From positions 225,881 through 289,880 of the IMG/VR virus record IMGVR_UViG_3300026521_000003: a DNA stretch of 64,000 nucleotides, one strand, 5' to 3'. The notes below the pieces were generated by a model. The model saw nothing but the letters and a program-made list of their open reading frames with translations. It did not search any database and was not told the DNA's origin. The position numbers were made by a program, and so were the translations under genes. Below, piece after piece: positions 9,270-19,118 of this stretch (position 1 is its first letter; every line of letters starts with the position of its first letter).

Positions 9270-9859
9270 AAGAACAATTTAAAGATTATATTTATATTGA
9301 TGAAGCAGGTAGAGGTTGTGCTGCAGGTGAATTAGTTTTTACAGGGGTTAAAGTGATTGGTGATGTATCATTTGCTAATGATTCTAAAAAGACATCGTTT
9401 AAAGAAAGAGAAGAAATGCTTCAAAAAATACTTAATAATGTTGAACATTGTACAGTTATAACTACTGCTGAAGAAATCGATAAGATAGGCTTGTCATCTG
9501 CTATTAAAAAATCTTTAGAAACGATAATTTTATATTTTCCGAATAGTAATTATCTTTATGATGGTGATAAAACATTCGGTGTTGATGAACCTAATTTAAA
9601 AACCTTAGTTAAAGCTGATGCAAAAATTAAAGGTGTTGGTGCGGCTTCAATTATTGCTAAGTCAACTAAAGATAAGTTGATGTTGGAACATCATGAAGAA
9701 TATCCTCAATATAGTTGGAATACTAATTTTGGATATATTACTAAAAAGCATGTAGAAGCAATATTAGAATATGGATATACTTTGTATCATAGACAATCTT
9801 ATAAAATAAAAGAGATAGAATCTGTAAGAAATAAAGAGACTACTAATATTTTATTTTAG
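9260..9859 (+). CDS. rnhB: Ribonuclease HII
   Basis: IDEAGRG, DSKK, YLYDG, VKAD, AASIIAK, YPQYSWNTNFGY, HRQSY motifs. Confidence 0.93.
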   Translation: MDLEEQFKDYIYIDEAGRGCAAGELVFTGVKVIGDVSFANDSKKTSFKEREEMLQKILNNVEHCTVITTAEEIDKIGLSSAIKKSLETIILYFPNSNYLYDGDKTFGVDEPNLKTLVKADAKIKGVGAASIIAKSTKDKLMLEHHEEYPQYSWNTNFGYITKKHVEAILEYGYTLYHRQSYKIKEIESVRNKETTNILF

Positions 9860-10830
9860 TTTGTTTGATAGATATAATAATCAAAATCTTTTCCATTAAA
9901 TTTAAATGATATTTCCCATTCTTGTCCATCGTAAGAAGCTAATTCATCGCCTCTGTTAGTGTAGCCGTGATCAAACACCCATTTCGCAATTTTATCATTA
10001 TATAGTAAATTATGTCTTTTAACTATATCAGAAAGAGCTTCATCACCAAAGTGCTCTCTATACCATTCTATCGCAGAATCATATTGATTATTTAAAATTT
10101 CAATATAATCATCTTTATTTTGTTCACATTCTTGTAATGTTTCTTCGTATAATTGCATCATTTCTGATTGCCATTCACTCCACTCATCACTATCTTCATC
10201 TTCTGGTTCTTCAGGCCATTCTGGTTCATCCATTAAATTATTTTCAATTAATTCTTCATGTAGTCTATTGATTGGTTCATTAAATTGAGGTTGTTCATTT
10301 ACAGCTTCATTTTCAATCTCTTGTACATAATCATAATTATTATCTTGCATTATTGGTTCAAACCATGATCTATCAATTAGTGAATCTTCTGCTAAAATGC
10401 TTTCAACCATATTATCTGGAAATGCCTCAAATATACCAATATCATCTAATAAACTTTCAATGTGTTCTAATACTTTGGTATCAGCTTCTTCATCGGTTAA
10501 AACTAAAAATGTACCTTCTCCTTCATAATCGAATTCATCAATAGAATTATAAATTGAAGATAGATTATTAACATCTACTTCAGAATTTAGGTTGTCTTTA
10601 ACATGCATTATTACAGCGAATGCTCTGCTACTATTCCAATATTCATCATCAGCTAAAGCCATATATAGTTCAGACATTAATTCATCTGTTAAATCTTCTT
10701 CTTTGATAGTAGTTTCAGAACTAAAAAACATTAGTGCAGCATCAATATGATTTTTAATAAGTTTTCCAATTTCTCCACCAATCTCAATATCGTTCATATT
10801 GATAGTGCCTAAGGGTGTCTTGACAATCAT
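9856..10830 (-). CDS. Highly acidic hypothetical protein (324 aa)
   Basis: Converges on rnhB with overlapping stops; AAGGA SD and late promoter; very D/E-rich, FLVLTDEEAD motif. Confidence 0.85.
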   Translation of the reverse strand: MIVKTPLGTINMNDIEIGGEIGKLIKNHIDAALMFFSSETTIKEEDLTDELMSELYMALADDEYWNSSRAFAVIMHVKDNLNSEVDVNNLSSIYNSIDEFDYEGEGTFLVLTDEEADTKVLEHIESLLDDIGIFEAFPDNMVESILAEDSLIDRSWFEPIMQDNNYDYVQEIENEAVNEQPQFNEPINRLHEELIENNLMDEPEWPEEPEDEDSDEWSEWQSEMMQLYEETLQECEQNKDDYIEILNNQYDSAIEWYREHFGDEALSDIVKRHNLLYNDKIAKWVFDHGYTNRGDELASYDGQEWEISFKFNGKDFDYYIYQTN

Positions 10831-10850
10831 ATTATTTCCTTTTTTTCTTT

Positions 10851-10858
10851 TATTTATT
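10851..10858 (-). promoter_or_regulatory. T4-type late promoter (AATAAATA)
   Basis: Minus strand reads AATAAATAAAAGAAAAAAAGGAAATAAT-ATG(10830). Confidence 0.6.
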
Positions 10859-10872
10859 CTTAAACTTTCTTT

Positions 10873-10881
10873 TGATATAAT
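10873..10881 (+). promoter_or_regulatory. Extended -10 (TGATATAAT)
   Basis: TGn-TATAAT 6 nt before ATG 10888, with no SD, suggesting a leaderless transcript. Confidence 0.45.
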
Positions 10882-10887
10882 AAATCT

Positions 10888-11205
10888 ATGAAAAGAAAAT
10901 GTGATATTTGTAATACTGATTATTATGTTAAAAAATCTGATTTAGCTAGAGGATGGGGATTAACATGTAGTAAATCTTGTGCAGCTAAAAAAAGAGAAAG
11001 ATCTAGGAATAACTATGATGAAACAACAGTTAAAATCAATAACCTTAAAAGAAAATTATGGTTTAACAAATATAGAAGTATTGAATTAGAACTCAGAAAG
11101 AAAAATAAAAATATGACCGATATTGAAATTTGGGTTGAAATGTATAAGATTACAAATGATGAGATATTTTTATTTGATGAAATAAAAGATATTTTCATTT
11201 TTTAA
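10888..11205 (+). CDS. Zinc-binding protein with C-terminal DIFIF tag
   Basis: CDIC...RGWGLTCSKSCA; ends LFDEIKDIFIF*. Confidence 0.8.
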   Translation: MKRKCDICNTDYYVKKSDLARGWGLTCSKSCAAKKRERSRNNYDETTVKINNLKRKLWFNKYRSIELELRKKNKNMTDIEIWVEMYKITNDEIFLFDEIKDIFIF

Positions 11206-11211
11206 AGGATA

Positions 11212-11793
11212 TTGATGCATATAATATTAACAGATCATGTAAAAAATAGAAGAAAGAAAGGTAAGATCCCACCGCAAAGATTAATAGACTTTGCAACATA
11301 TCTTATAAAAGAACACGATTTAAAAAATAAAGAAGATGGCCGATATAAGTTCCGTAGGAAATCAACATCAGCGATTATTTCTAAGAAAAAAGAAAAATTC
11401 ACATTTATCACCTTTTTTGGTGGTACAGGATGGTTGATTGATTCTGATGATTTTTCCGGATTTAATTGCAAAAAACAAACGGCTGAACGAGTTAAACTTT
11501 CCATAAAAAGAAGTAAAGAGAAGAATAAAAATAAAATTATAAAAGAGATTAAACCATTACAAAACCTTAATGCTGAAATAAAAGATAAACTGAAAAGAGA
11601 CACTTTCAAAATTGATAAGTTGCGGGGCACTACAAAAGTAATTCTTAAAGCTATGTTTGGTAATAATCCTGAATTTTTATTTTTATCTAAATTCAAATCA
11701 TACAATTTAGTTTCAATTTTAAGAAGAGATGGTGGAATTATAAAAACGATTCACAAAAATAAACTTATAGAAATAGGAGTACTAGATGGATAG
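11212..11793 (+). CDS. Basic hypothetical protein
   Basis: 193 aa Lys/Arg-rich; AAGGA SD; start TTG 11212 or ATG 11215. Confidence 0.75.
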   Translation: MMHIILTDHVKNRRKKGKIPPQRLIDFATYLIKEHDLKNKEDGRYKFRRKSTSAIISKKKEKFTFITFFGGTGWLIDSDDFSGFNCKKQTAERVKLSIKRSKEKNKNKIIKEIKPLQNLNAEIKDKLKRDTFKIDKLRGTTKVILKAMFGNNPEFLFLSKFKSYNLVSILRRDGGIIKTIHKNKLIEIGVLDG

Positions 11794-12295
11794 TAATGGT
11801 TTTATAAAGATGATAGGTAAAATGCAAAATATGTGGCAACCTACATATATAGATGAAGAATATGTCAAGGTTTATAAAGATATTTGGTTTGTTGATTCTA
11901 GTTATCCTTTTGAAATAACCAGAGATTATGAAATGGTTTTAAAAAATGAAGATGAAATTTTATCTCAAATTGGTTTATTACCAAATGCTCAAAAAATGGT
12001 ACAAATGATGATGAATTCAACGTACGGTAGTTACGGAGTACCATCGTCAAGATTATATGGAAACCCTTCTCATTATTATGCTCGAACGATGTCTACCAAT
12101 AATTTTTTTAAAGAGTACAAATATGAAGAAGCAGCTAAAGTAGCACAAAATGAAAAATTGATTGCTCACTATAATCATAAAATTAAAAAAGCACCAAAGA
12201 AGAAAGAACAAGTTGAACGTCTTACAAAAATTATTGAAATGCTCGAACAAGAAAACGAAGATTTTATCACAGAATATCCAGAAAGGTTTATTTAA
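11786..12295 (+). CDS. Hypothetical protein with C-terminal PExxx tag
   Basis: Ends EYPERFI*; internal QKMVQMMMNSTYGSYG. Confidence 0.8.
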   Translation: MDSNGFIKMIGKMQNMWQPTYIDEEYVKVYKDIWFVDSSYPFEITRDYEMVLKNEDEILSQIGLLPNAQKMVQMMMNSTYGSYGVPSSRLYGNPSHYYARTMSTNNFFKEYKYEEAAKVAQNEKLIAHYNHKIKKAPKKKEQVERLTKIIEMLEQENEDFITEYPERFI

Positions 12296-12762
12296 TGAAT
12301 ACATCAACAAATCATGTACATACGATTAATACGATACCACTTTATCAAGCCCAACATCATCTAACACAAAAACACCAAAGTACTGGAAGAATCAAGCGTT
12401 CTTTTAATCTTGGTTCCTCTTTCCAAACCGGATATAAATATCGGGTATTAACACGATTTCCATTTAGTGTTTCTAGACATGAGGAACTTGATGAAGTAAC
12501 AGTTTTTGATTTTTTTGACCGTATTACTTATCATCTTTGTGAAACGAGATTGGAAGCTGAAAAAATAAGATTGGAAGCTTTAGAAGAACATTATGATGAA
12601 CAATATAAAAAATATTTAGCAGATACTTCTAAATTTAAGCGCAAATCGTATAAATTTAATGGGTATGTTTCAGTTGATGGTTTAAAGGCCAAAAGGTTAC
12701 TTAATAGATACAAAACTGAATTGAATAATTTGGAAAAGGATCATCCAGAATGGCTAATTTGA
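12295..12762 (+). CDS. Hypothetical protein with C-terminal PExxx tag
   Basis: Ends DHPEWLI*; TAATG overlap. Confidence 0.8.
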   Translation: MNTSTNHVHTINTIPLYQAQHHLTQKHQSTGRIKRSFNLGSSFQTGYKYRVLTRFPFSVSRHEELDEVTVFDFFDRITYHLCETRLEAEKIRLEALEEHYDEQYKKYLADTSKFKRKSYKFNGYVSVDGLKAKRLLNRYKTELNNLEKDHPEWLI

Positions 12763-13100
12763 ATCATATCTTATTGCCGGAACACCGAGGTAGAACATGG
12801 CTTAATAAATGGTGGAAAACTACTTCTTCCATTAATGAAGAAGCGTTCGATATTATACTTGAGCGAGTTAATATTTTAATAGAACGTTTTGAAATTCCTG
12901 TACAAAATCCATCAATGCTAACCTCTATAATGGATCGAATAATTAGGAACTACAATGCTATTGTTTATGAAGAAAATGGAGAAATTATGATAGTTGATTT
13001 ATTTAATTATCAAACGGAGGATACCTATGCTTTTGGCCTTGGTAACACACCAATATTCAATAAGTATATTTTCGATAATTACCCAGAGTTATTAGTATGA
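12750..13100 (+). CDS. Hypothetical protein with C-terminal PExxx tag
   Basis: Ends NYPELLV*; ATG inside the previous tag (gaa tgg). Confidence 0.8.
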   Translation: MANLNHILLPEHRGRTWLNKWWKTTSSINEEAFDIILERVNILIERFEIPVQNPSMLTSIMDRIIRNYNAIVYEENGEIMIVDLFNYQTEDTYAFGLGNTPIFNKYIFDNYPELLV

Positions 13101-13462
13101 TTGATGTAGAAGATATAAAACCAGGTACAGTTATTGAAATTCCATTAAACTTTAAATCGCATAATTTTAGTAATTTAGTTCCTGGTTCACTAGTACTTAT
13201 TTACTATGTGAATAAATTTTTGTGTTCTGGGATTGATATGAAACGTTCAAAGATGATGGGAATGGATATATCATGGGATGATTTAAAGCAGGGAGTAATT
13301 GTAGATTTTATCCCTGAACCAGAACCACTTTTTTATCATTGGGTTGGAGAAGGAAGAACTACTTCGAGTACTGATGCAGTAGAAATTATTTTAAAAAAAC
13401 AAGAATATCGAAAAAAATTAGGTTTATTAATAGCCGAATTTTATCCAGAATATACTTTATAA
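13097..13462 (+). CDS. Hypothetical protein with C-terminal PExxx tag
   Basis: Ends FYPEYTL*; ATGA overlap. Confidence 0.8.
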   Translation: MIDVEDIKPGTVIEIPLNFKSHNFSNLVPGSLVLIYYVNKFLCSGIDMKRSKMMGMDISWDDLKQGVIVDFIPEPEPLFYHWVGEGRTTSSTDAVEIILKKQEYRKKLGLLIAEFYPEYTL

Positions 13463-13474
13463 TAAGGTTTAAAT

Positions 13475-13933
13475 ATGAGTTTAAATTCACTTAATTCTAA
13501 AATCGTATCTAGTCTAGGAGTCCCACTTTCAAAGATTAGACCTTTGAATACAACAATCACATCAGCACCACCTACGGCATCATCGATGGTGATGGGAGTA
13601 GATGTAGCATCTATGTATCCAAGTAGTACTAGTTCTTATAATTCTGGTGGAAATTTAAATTTTGGCTCTTTAATAGATGTACCATATTTAGTTTCTAAAG
13701 ATTTTCCATTTAAAATAAAAGTTATTTCAAAATCGGATATTAAAACTATTCAAAATAGTTTTAGTGATATGATTGATCTTATGAGTAAGTATGATGGATA
13801 TGGCTCAAGATTAGAAGCTGAGAAACAGCGTATTAAAAAACTTATAGATGCCACCGTAGATATTAGTATAGTAAAAGAATTAGAAAAATCATTAGAAAAC
13901 ATTGAAGTAGATCATCCAGAGTGGCTAATTTAA
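13475..13933 (+). CDS. Hypothetical protein with C-terminal PExxx tag
   Basis: Ends DHPEWLI*; internal VMGVDVASMYPS. Confidence 0.8.
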   Translation: MSLNSLNSKIVSSLGVPLSKIRPLNTTITSAPPTASSMVMGVDVASMYPSSTSSYNSGGNLNFGSLIDVPYLVSKDFPFKIKVISKSDIKTIQNSFSDMIDLMSKYDGYGSRLEAEKQRIKKLIDATVDISIVKELEKSLENIEVDHPEWLI

Positions 13934-14001
13934 ATTAATTCATAAGTGATTTAAAGTATAAATAAGTTAAAATTCACTATTATAGTGTATTAGGAATTTT
14001 A

Positions 14002-14823
14002 ATGATTGATTTAGATTATATTTTTGATGATGTTAAAAATAAGACAATAACAAAAAAAGAAGCGTATGAGTTAGTAAAAAATATTGGTGATAGTATGACA
14101 TTTACTACGTCTAAACATACTAGTACTGATGTGTATGTTGAAATAGCAAAAAAAATCCCTGATGATGATTTGATTGAGACTATGATAAATTCTCAAATAG
14201 AAAATTATCGTAGTAGTCAAGGGATATATAGATTGTTAGATTTAGCTTCAAAAACTTTTTTTGAAAAAAAGTGGGATGAAGCTATCAATCAACCCGGTGG
14301 TTATTATTTAAACTATTATAAGTCAAAGCATACTGATGGAGAAAAACTGTATTATTTATGGACTCATATTTTAAAGAAAAAACCGGCAGCAAAGAATTGG
14401 AAAGAAAAACTTAAACAGGGTATTTTAAGTCATCCTAATTGTCCACCAAAGATTACAAATAGACAATTAAGGAATTTAGATAATATACATATTATAGCTT
14501 TAAATAAAAATTTAGCATCTAATCCAAAGGCTCTAAAAGCTGTAGGTGATTATGCAGCAGTATTTAGACATGATGGTATATTTGAAAATCTTACAAGAAA
14601 CAAATATGTTCCTTGGGAGAAAATTTCAGAAGTTGTTGATATGAAAAATCAAGTAAAAGCCATGATGACACCTTCTGTACCTGTAACGTTTAGAAGAAAA
14701 GCTGCAATATTAGAATTTTTTAGAAGAGAAGATACTCCTGATAAAGCGAGAGAGGTAATGTATAAAATTACTGGTGATGATGAATTTTTACCTAAAGAGG
14801 TACGAGACCTCTTTATTTTTTAA
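14002..14823 (+). CDS. DIFIF-tagged helical-repeat protein
   Basis: Ends MYKITGDDEFLPKEVRDLFIF*; LSHPNCPPKI and LNKNLASNP LRV/HEAT-like segments. Confidence 0.88.
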   Translation: MIDLDYIFDDVKNKTITKKEAYELVKNIGDSMTFTTSKHTSTDVYVEIAKKIPDDDLIETMINSQIENYRSSQGIYRLLDLASKTFFEKKWDEAINQPGGYYLNYYKSKHTDGEKLYYLWTHILKKKPAAKNWKEKLKQGILSHPNCPPKITNRQLRNLDNIHIIALNKNLASNPKALKAVGDYAAVFRHDGIFENLTRNKYVPWEKISEVVDMKNQVKAMMTPSVPVTFRRKAAILEFFRREDTPDKAREVMYKITGDDEFLPKEVRDLFIF

Positions 14824-14832
14824 GGATATATT

Positions 14833-16374
14833 ATGAGAAAAAATGCAATTCAAACTAAAGAAAATATACGAGAATGGGTAAAGAATCATTTAGATTCATT
14901 CCCTTTTAAAATGAGTATTGAAGAATATGATAATTTAACGGATGGATTAAAATCATTAATTGAAAATAAATTGATTTCTATTCATAATAAGCAATACCCT
15001 AATAAAACAAAAGATTCATGGAGACATGACTATAAATTTACTAAAACAGAATTAAATAAACTTAAAATTCCAGACCCGTTTTTACCTCCAAGTAGTTTAA
15101 AACGTATTGAAAGTGGGTTGATTAAAGCTAGACAAATAGCTGAAGATAATAAACCTATTAAGTGGGTTGATATTAATGAACGTTTAAAAAAGAATTTTAA
15201 AAAATGGGTAGATGAATACGCTGAAACATTTGATGAAGACTTTCTTGGAAGATATTTTGATGATTTACCTGAAGATATAAAATTAGAATGGATTACACTA
15301 ATGGGTAAAAAGTTTGGTTTAAAAACTCCAGGAGCATTAAAAAAAGGTTTTATTTCAGCAAAAGATATGATTGACCAAGTCCAACATATGAGAATTCCTA
15401 ATAATATTCATAATGCTATATTAGATGTATTGCCGGAATCAGCATTTTTACAAACTACTAATAAATCTGATATGAAAAACTGGGATGCAAAAGAACAAGT
15501 TGCTTTTACGAAATCATTATCTCAAGAAGAATTAAAAGCAGCACGAGAAAATAGAAAAATTGATAAAAAGCGAGTAAAACTACTAGCTAAAGCTAGAACT
15601 ATTAAAAGTTTAGAATCTTATCAAGAACTTCTTTCAGATCCTCTATTTGATAGAGATATGCTTGAAACGATTATTAAACGTATGGAGCGAAAAACAGCTT
15701 TTGATAATGGTTGGGGAGATCAAAATAAAAAAGAAATTCTGAAATTGATTGTTACTCATCCTTTCTTATCATATGAAGATTTAAAAAGAATAGAAAAAGT
15801 AAAAGCCCCAAATTATTATGCAGGTTCACAAAAAGAGTATGTTTCAAAAGAATTAAATACTGCTCTAGCATCTAAAAAAGATTTACCTGAAAGTGATCTA
15901 ATGAAGATGGTAAAAAAGCAGCAATTCGATATTAAAGTAATTGCATCTAAAAGAGATTTAAAAGAAGAAAATAGAGAAATCTTGATTACATATACTATAA
16001 AGCATCACTCACATATGCCAGCTCAATTAGAAGAAGTATTTTCTAATTTAAAGATTAAAAAAGATAAGTATAAAAAGGAAATTATAGAAGCATTATATTC
16101 AAAATATATAGAGAAAAATTGGTTAGCTAACGGAATCCGATTCTTAGAGGTTGTAGATAAATATAATTGGCTGTCTGAAATTGATGAAGAATTAAAATCA
16201 AAAATAGCAAGATCATTAGTTAAGAACTATAAAGATAATAGGATTAGTCAAGATAGATTAATAAAAATGCTAAACAAAATATCTGCAGGTGCGGATTATT
16301 TAATGAAACTATATGAAGAAACTGGCGATGACGCTTTCTTACCAACTGATGTTAAAGACATTTTTATATTTTAG
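14833..16374 (+). CDS. DIFIF-tagged protein (513 aa)
   Basis: Ends LYEETGDDAFLPTDVKDIFIF*. Confidence 0.9.
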   Translation: MRKNAIQTKENIREWVKNHLDSFPFKMSIEEYDNLTDGLKSLIENKLISIHNKQYPNKTKDSWRHDYKFTKTELNKLKIPDPFLPPSSLKRIESGLIKARQIAEDNKPIKWVDINERLKKNFKKWVDEYAETFDEDFLGRYFDDLPEDIKLEWITLMGKKFGLKTPGALKKGFISAKDMIDQVQHMRIPNNIHNAILDVLPESAFLQTTNKSDMKNWDAKEQVAFTKSLSQEELKAARENRKIDKKRVKLLAKARTIKSLESYQELLSDPLFDRDMLETIIKRMERKTAFDNGWGDQNKKEILKLIVTHPFLSYEDLKRIEKVKAPNYYAGSQKEYVSKELNTALASKKDLPESDLMKMVKKQQFDIKVIASKRDLKEENREILITYTIKHHSHMPAQLEEVFSNLKIKKDKYKKEIIEALYSKYIEKNWLANGIRFLEVVDKYNWLSEIDEELKSKIARSLVKNYKDNRISQDRLIKMLNKISAGADYLMKLYEETGDDAFLPTDVKDIFIF

Positions 16375-16382
16375 GTGATATT

Positions 16383-16856
16383 GTGGAAAATGATTACAAA
16401 ATTTTATTAAATGATATTAAACAAAGTGCTAAGGGTAAAATGGTTTTTAATTCAAAAGAGATTGTGAGTCAAGAAATGTTAAGTCCTCAATTAGCAAGAA
16501 TAGCTATTGATTTAGTTACATCAAGAAGAGGAAATGAAATCTATGAACTTGCTCCAGCTGTAGCCGTAGAGATCAATGACCCAATGGTTAAAGATCATAT
16601 TTTAGATGAAATTCTTAAAAACTATTTAAATAGGCAATCGGCACCAACAGCAATTATTGAATTTCTTATTAAAAATGCTAATAAATTAGACATTGGTCTA
16701 ATGGAAAAAATTTATGATACATCGGATGAAGATTTTAAACTTTTTTTAAGAAATATAGGACAAAAGTTTAGAGAAGATTTTAATATAAAAGTATATAATG
16801 AAACTGGCGACAAATCATATTTGCCAGAAGAAGTAGCAAGTATATTTATTTTTTAA
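16383..16856 (+). CDS. DIFIF-tagged protein
   Basis: GTG start; ends VYNETGDKSYLPEEVASIFIF*. Confidence 0.85.
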   Translation: MENDYKILLNDIKQSAKGKMVFNSKEIVSQEMLSPQLARIAIDLVTSRRGNEIYELAPAVAVEINDPMVKDHILDEILKNYLNRQSAPTAIIEFLIKNANKLDIGLMEKIYDTSDEDFKLFLRNIGQKFREDFNIKVYNETGDKSYLPEEVASIFIF

Positions 16857-16866
16857 AGGATAAAAA

Positions 16867-17751
16867 ATGTTTGAAATAGATGAAATGGTATATAAATTAA
16901 GAAGTATTATTGATTATGATACAGCGATAAAATATTATAACGATGAAATAAAAATAAAGTTAAATCATGACTTTCAATATGCAGAATTATTACGCAAATA
17001 TTTAGATAAAACAACAGCTTTAAAATATTGGCAAATTGGATTTGATATAGTATCTGATATAGATTCTGAATCACTTTGGTCTGATTTTGTATATCTATTA
17101 AATTCTAAATTAGCTTCTAAAAATAAAAATATCCCTTGGTTAGCATCAATGGTAAGTAATCTATCAAAAAAAATTAAAGTTGGGCATAATCTTGAAACAT
17201 TAATTATGTTATTTATTAATGTTAATTTGTTCCGATTTTATATAAAAGAAGTTCATCCAAAGTTAGACCAAGATGATTCCTATTGGGCAATATCTTCAGC
17301 AAGTAAAAATATGAATTTAAATAATATCGATGAATTAGTTGAAATAGCAGATTATAAGCTTTTTGAACGTATTTTAAACAATGATAAGGTAATGCCTGAA
17401 AATAAATTAAGATTATTAGAGTTGTTTTTAAGAAAAACTCAATTTGGTGTTAAAAATTTTAGTAGTCTGGATTTTTTATTTTTGCTTGAAAATCATCGTC
17501 GATGGTTTAATAATGTAAATGTTATGAATTCAACAACAGCAGCATATAGAAATTTATTACCTGATGAAAGTGTTGCAAAATTATTAACTGAAATTATAAT
17601 GGATGGAGATTTTACAGATGAATCTAAATACTTATGGCTATCAAGTATGTATCAATATAAATTAAATGATACAATGGGAGTAGCATTGTATGGATTAACT
17701 CAAGATGTTAAATATCTAACAGATGAAATTAAAGATATATTTGTATTTTAA
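16867..17751 (+). CDS. DIFIF-tagged protein
   Basis: Ends LYGLTQDVKYLTDEIKDIFVF*. Confidence 0.88.
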   Translation: MFEIDEMVYKLRSIIDYDTAIKYYNDEIKIKLNHDFQYAELLRKYLDKTTALKYWQIGFDIVSDIDSESLWSDFVYLLNSKLASKNKNIPWLASMVSNLSKKIKVGHNLETLIMLFINVNLFRFYIKEVHPKLDQDDSYWAISSASKNMNLNNIDELVEIADYKLFERILNNDKVMPENKLRLLELFLRKTQFGVKNFSSLDFLFLLENHRRWFNNVNVMNSTTAAYRNLLPDESVAKLLTEIIMDGDFTDESKYLWLSSMYQYKLNDTMGVALYGLTQDVKYLTDEIKDIFVF

Positions 17752-17762
17752 GGATGTAAATT

Positions 17763-18278
17763 ATGAGATATAAAATAAGTAGTAAATTATTGTCGGATAT
17801 TGTATCTAGTTATCAAGAGAGTATGAGATTGAGTGTTGGTCCAGAAATTAAATTTGTAGATGCAGAAATTGAACATCTTACATGGGATGTACTTTTAGAA
17901 GAACCTATTTTTCTAATTAATTATTATGGCTTTGATGAAGATATTTATGATTCTGATGGGTTTTTCTTTTGTCGGGATATTATTGGTTTTTCGATGGATG
18001 ATGAAAGTGAAAATGAATTAGAACGTAGATTTGGTGTAGATAATGAAAAAGTTGAAAAACTATTTATTGAACTTTTTAAAGAATTTATATCAAATAATAG
18101 TTTACCAACTATGGACATTATAGAAGAAATTTATTATTACAATTATAATTTAATTAAGATAATGAATGATATTGAATTTTTTAATAAGTTAGAAAATGAA
18201 GAAAAAGAGTACCTTTATAAAGTTACGAATGATACTTTATTTTTACCAAAAGACGTAACTGATATATTTGTATTTTAA
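17763..18278 (+). CDS. DIFIF-tagged acidic protein
   Basis: Ends LYKVTNDTLFLPKDVTDIFVF*. Confidence 0.85.
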   Translation: MRYKISSKLLSDIVSSYQESMRLSVGPEIKFVDAEIEHLTWDVLLEEPIFLINYYGFDEDIYDSDGFFFCRDIIGFSMDDESENELERRFGVDNEKVEKLFIELFKEFISNNSLPTMDIIEEIYYYNYNLIKIMNDIEFFNKLENEEKEYLYKVTNDTLFLPKDVTDIFVF

Positions 18279-18292
18279 TAAGAGGCTTAAAA

Positions 18293-19108
18293 ATGACTAG
18301 AAGAAAACCAAGAAGTTTGCGAGGTAGAGTAGCAAAGAGAGGATTTAGAGAATTATCATATGATGATAAATTAGATTATATAAATAATTCACATCAAGCA
18401 GTAAGTGAATTTAGATCATATCCTGAAGATTTTTATAATTTTCTTGATAAGATTGATTGGCATAATGTAGATTTTTGTAAAGCTTTACGGAGACCAAAGG
18501 AATTAAAACTTCTTTTAGATCAAAAACTTTTAGACCAAAAGGCTATCGATATAATATTTTTAAATACTCATTTCTTCCCTATCTTTAAAAATCTAATTAA
18601 ATTAACTAGTGAATCTAATAGTGTTATTACTAAACGTATGCTGGAATTTTTAAAGCGAGATTTTGAAAGTCAAGAACCAAAGCATAAGTTATTTAAAAAA
18701 TTAGATAAAGAGGGAATAATAGATTGGGATGTTTTGAATATGCATAGTTATTTCCAAAGTTATATGAGTTATATTTTTGGAAACTATGAGTCTTATACAG
18801 ATTTCGCCAATTATTTGCTAGATTCGGATAAAATTAGTTTAAATGGTGAAACTGAACGTAGTATTTGGCATACGTTTGATATTGATTTAATGATTAAATT
18901 ATTAAAAAAAGATAGAAAAATAGCAACTACCCCAAATGTCTTTTTAGATAATGGGAATATTGATGAATTTTTTGATAAATGGCCTAAAGATAAAGTACAG
19001 GAATTTATAAAACTAGTTAATGATAGACCGGAACTTCAAAACTGTATTATTGAAAATGCATACATATCATTATTACCAGAAGAAGTAGCAAATATATTTG
19101 TTTTTTAA
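18293..19108 (+). CDS. DIFIF-tagged protein
   Basis: Ends ISLLPEEVANIFVF*. Confidence 0.88.
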   Translation: MTRRKPRSLRGRVAKRGFRELSYDDKLDYINNSHQAVSEFRSYPEDFYNFLDKIDWHNVDFCKALRRPKELKLLLDQKLLDQKAIDIIFLNTHFFPIFKNLIKLTSESNSVITKRMLEFLKRDFESQEPKHKLFKKLDKEGIIDWDVLNMHSYFQSYMSYIFGNYESYTDFANYLLDSDKISLNGETERSIWHTFDIDLMIKLLKKDRKIATTPNVFLDNGNIDEFFDKWPKDKVQEFIKLVNDRPELQNCIIENAYISLLPEEVANIFVF

Positions 19109-19118
19109 AGGATAAAAA

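Noticed and set aside
13975-13987. Palindrome CACTATTATAGTG upstream of the array as an operator
   Set aside because: Single short AT-rich occurrence with no second copy or cognate regulator seen
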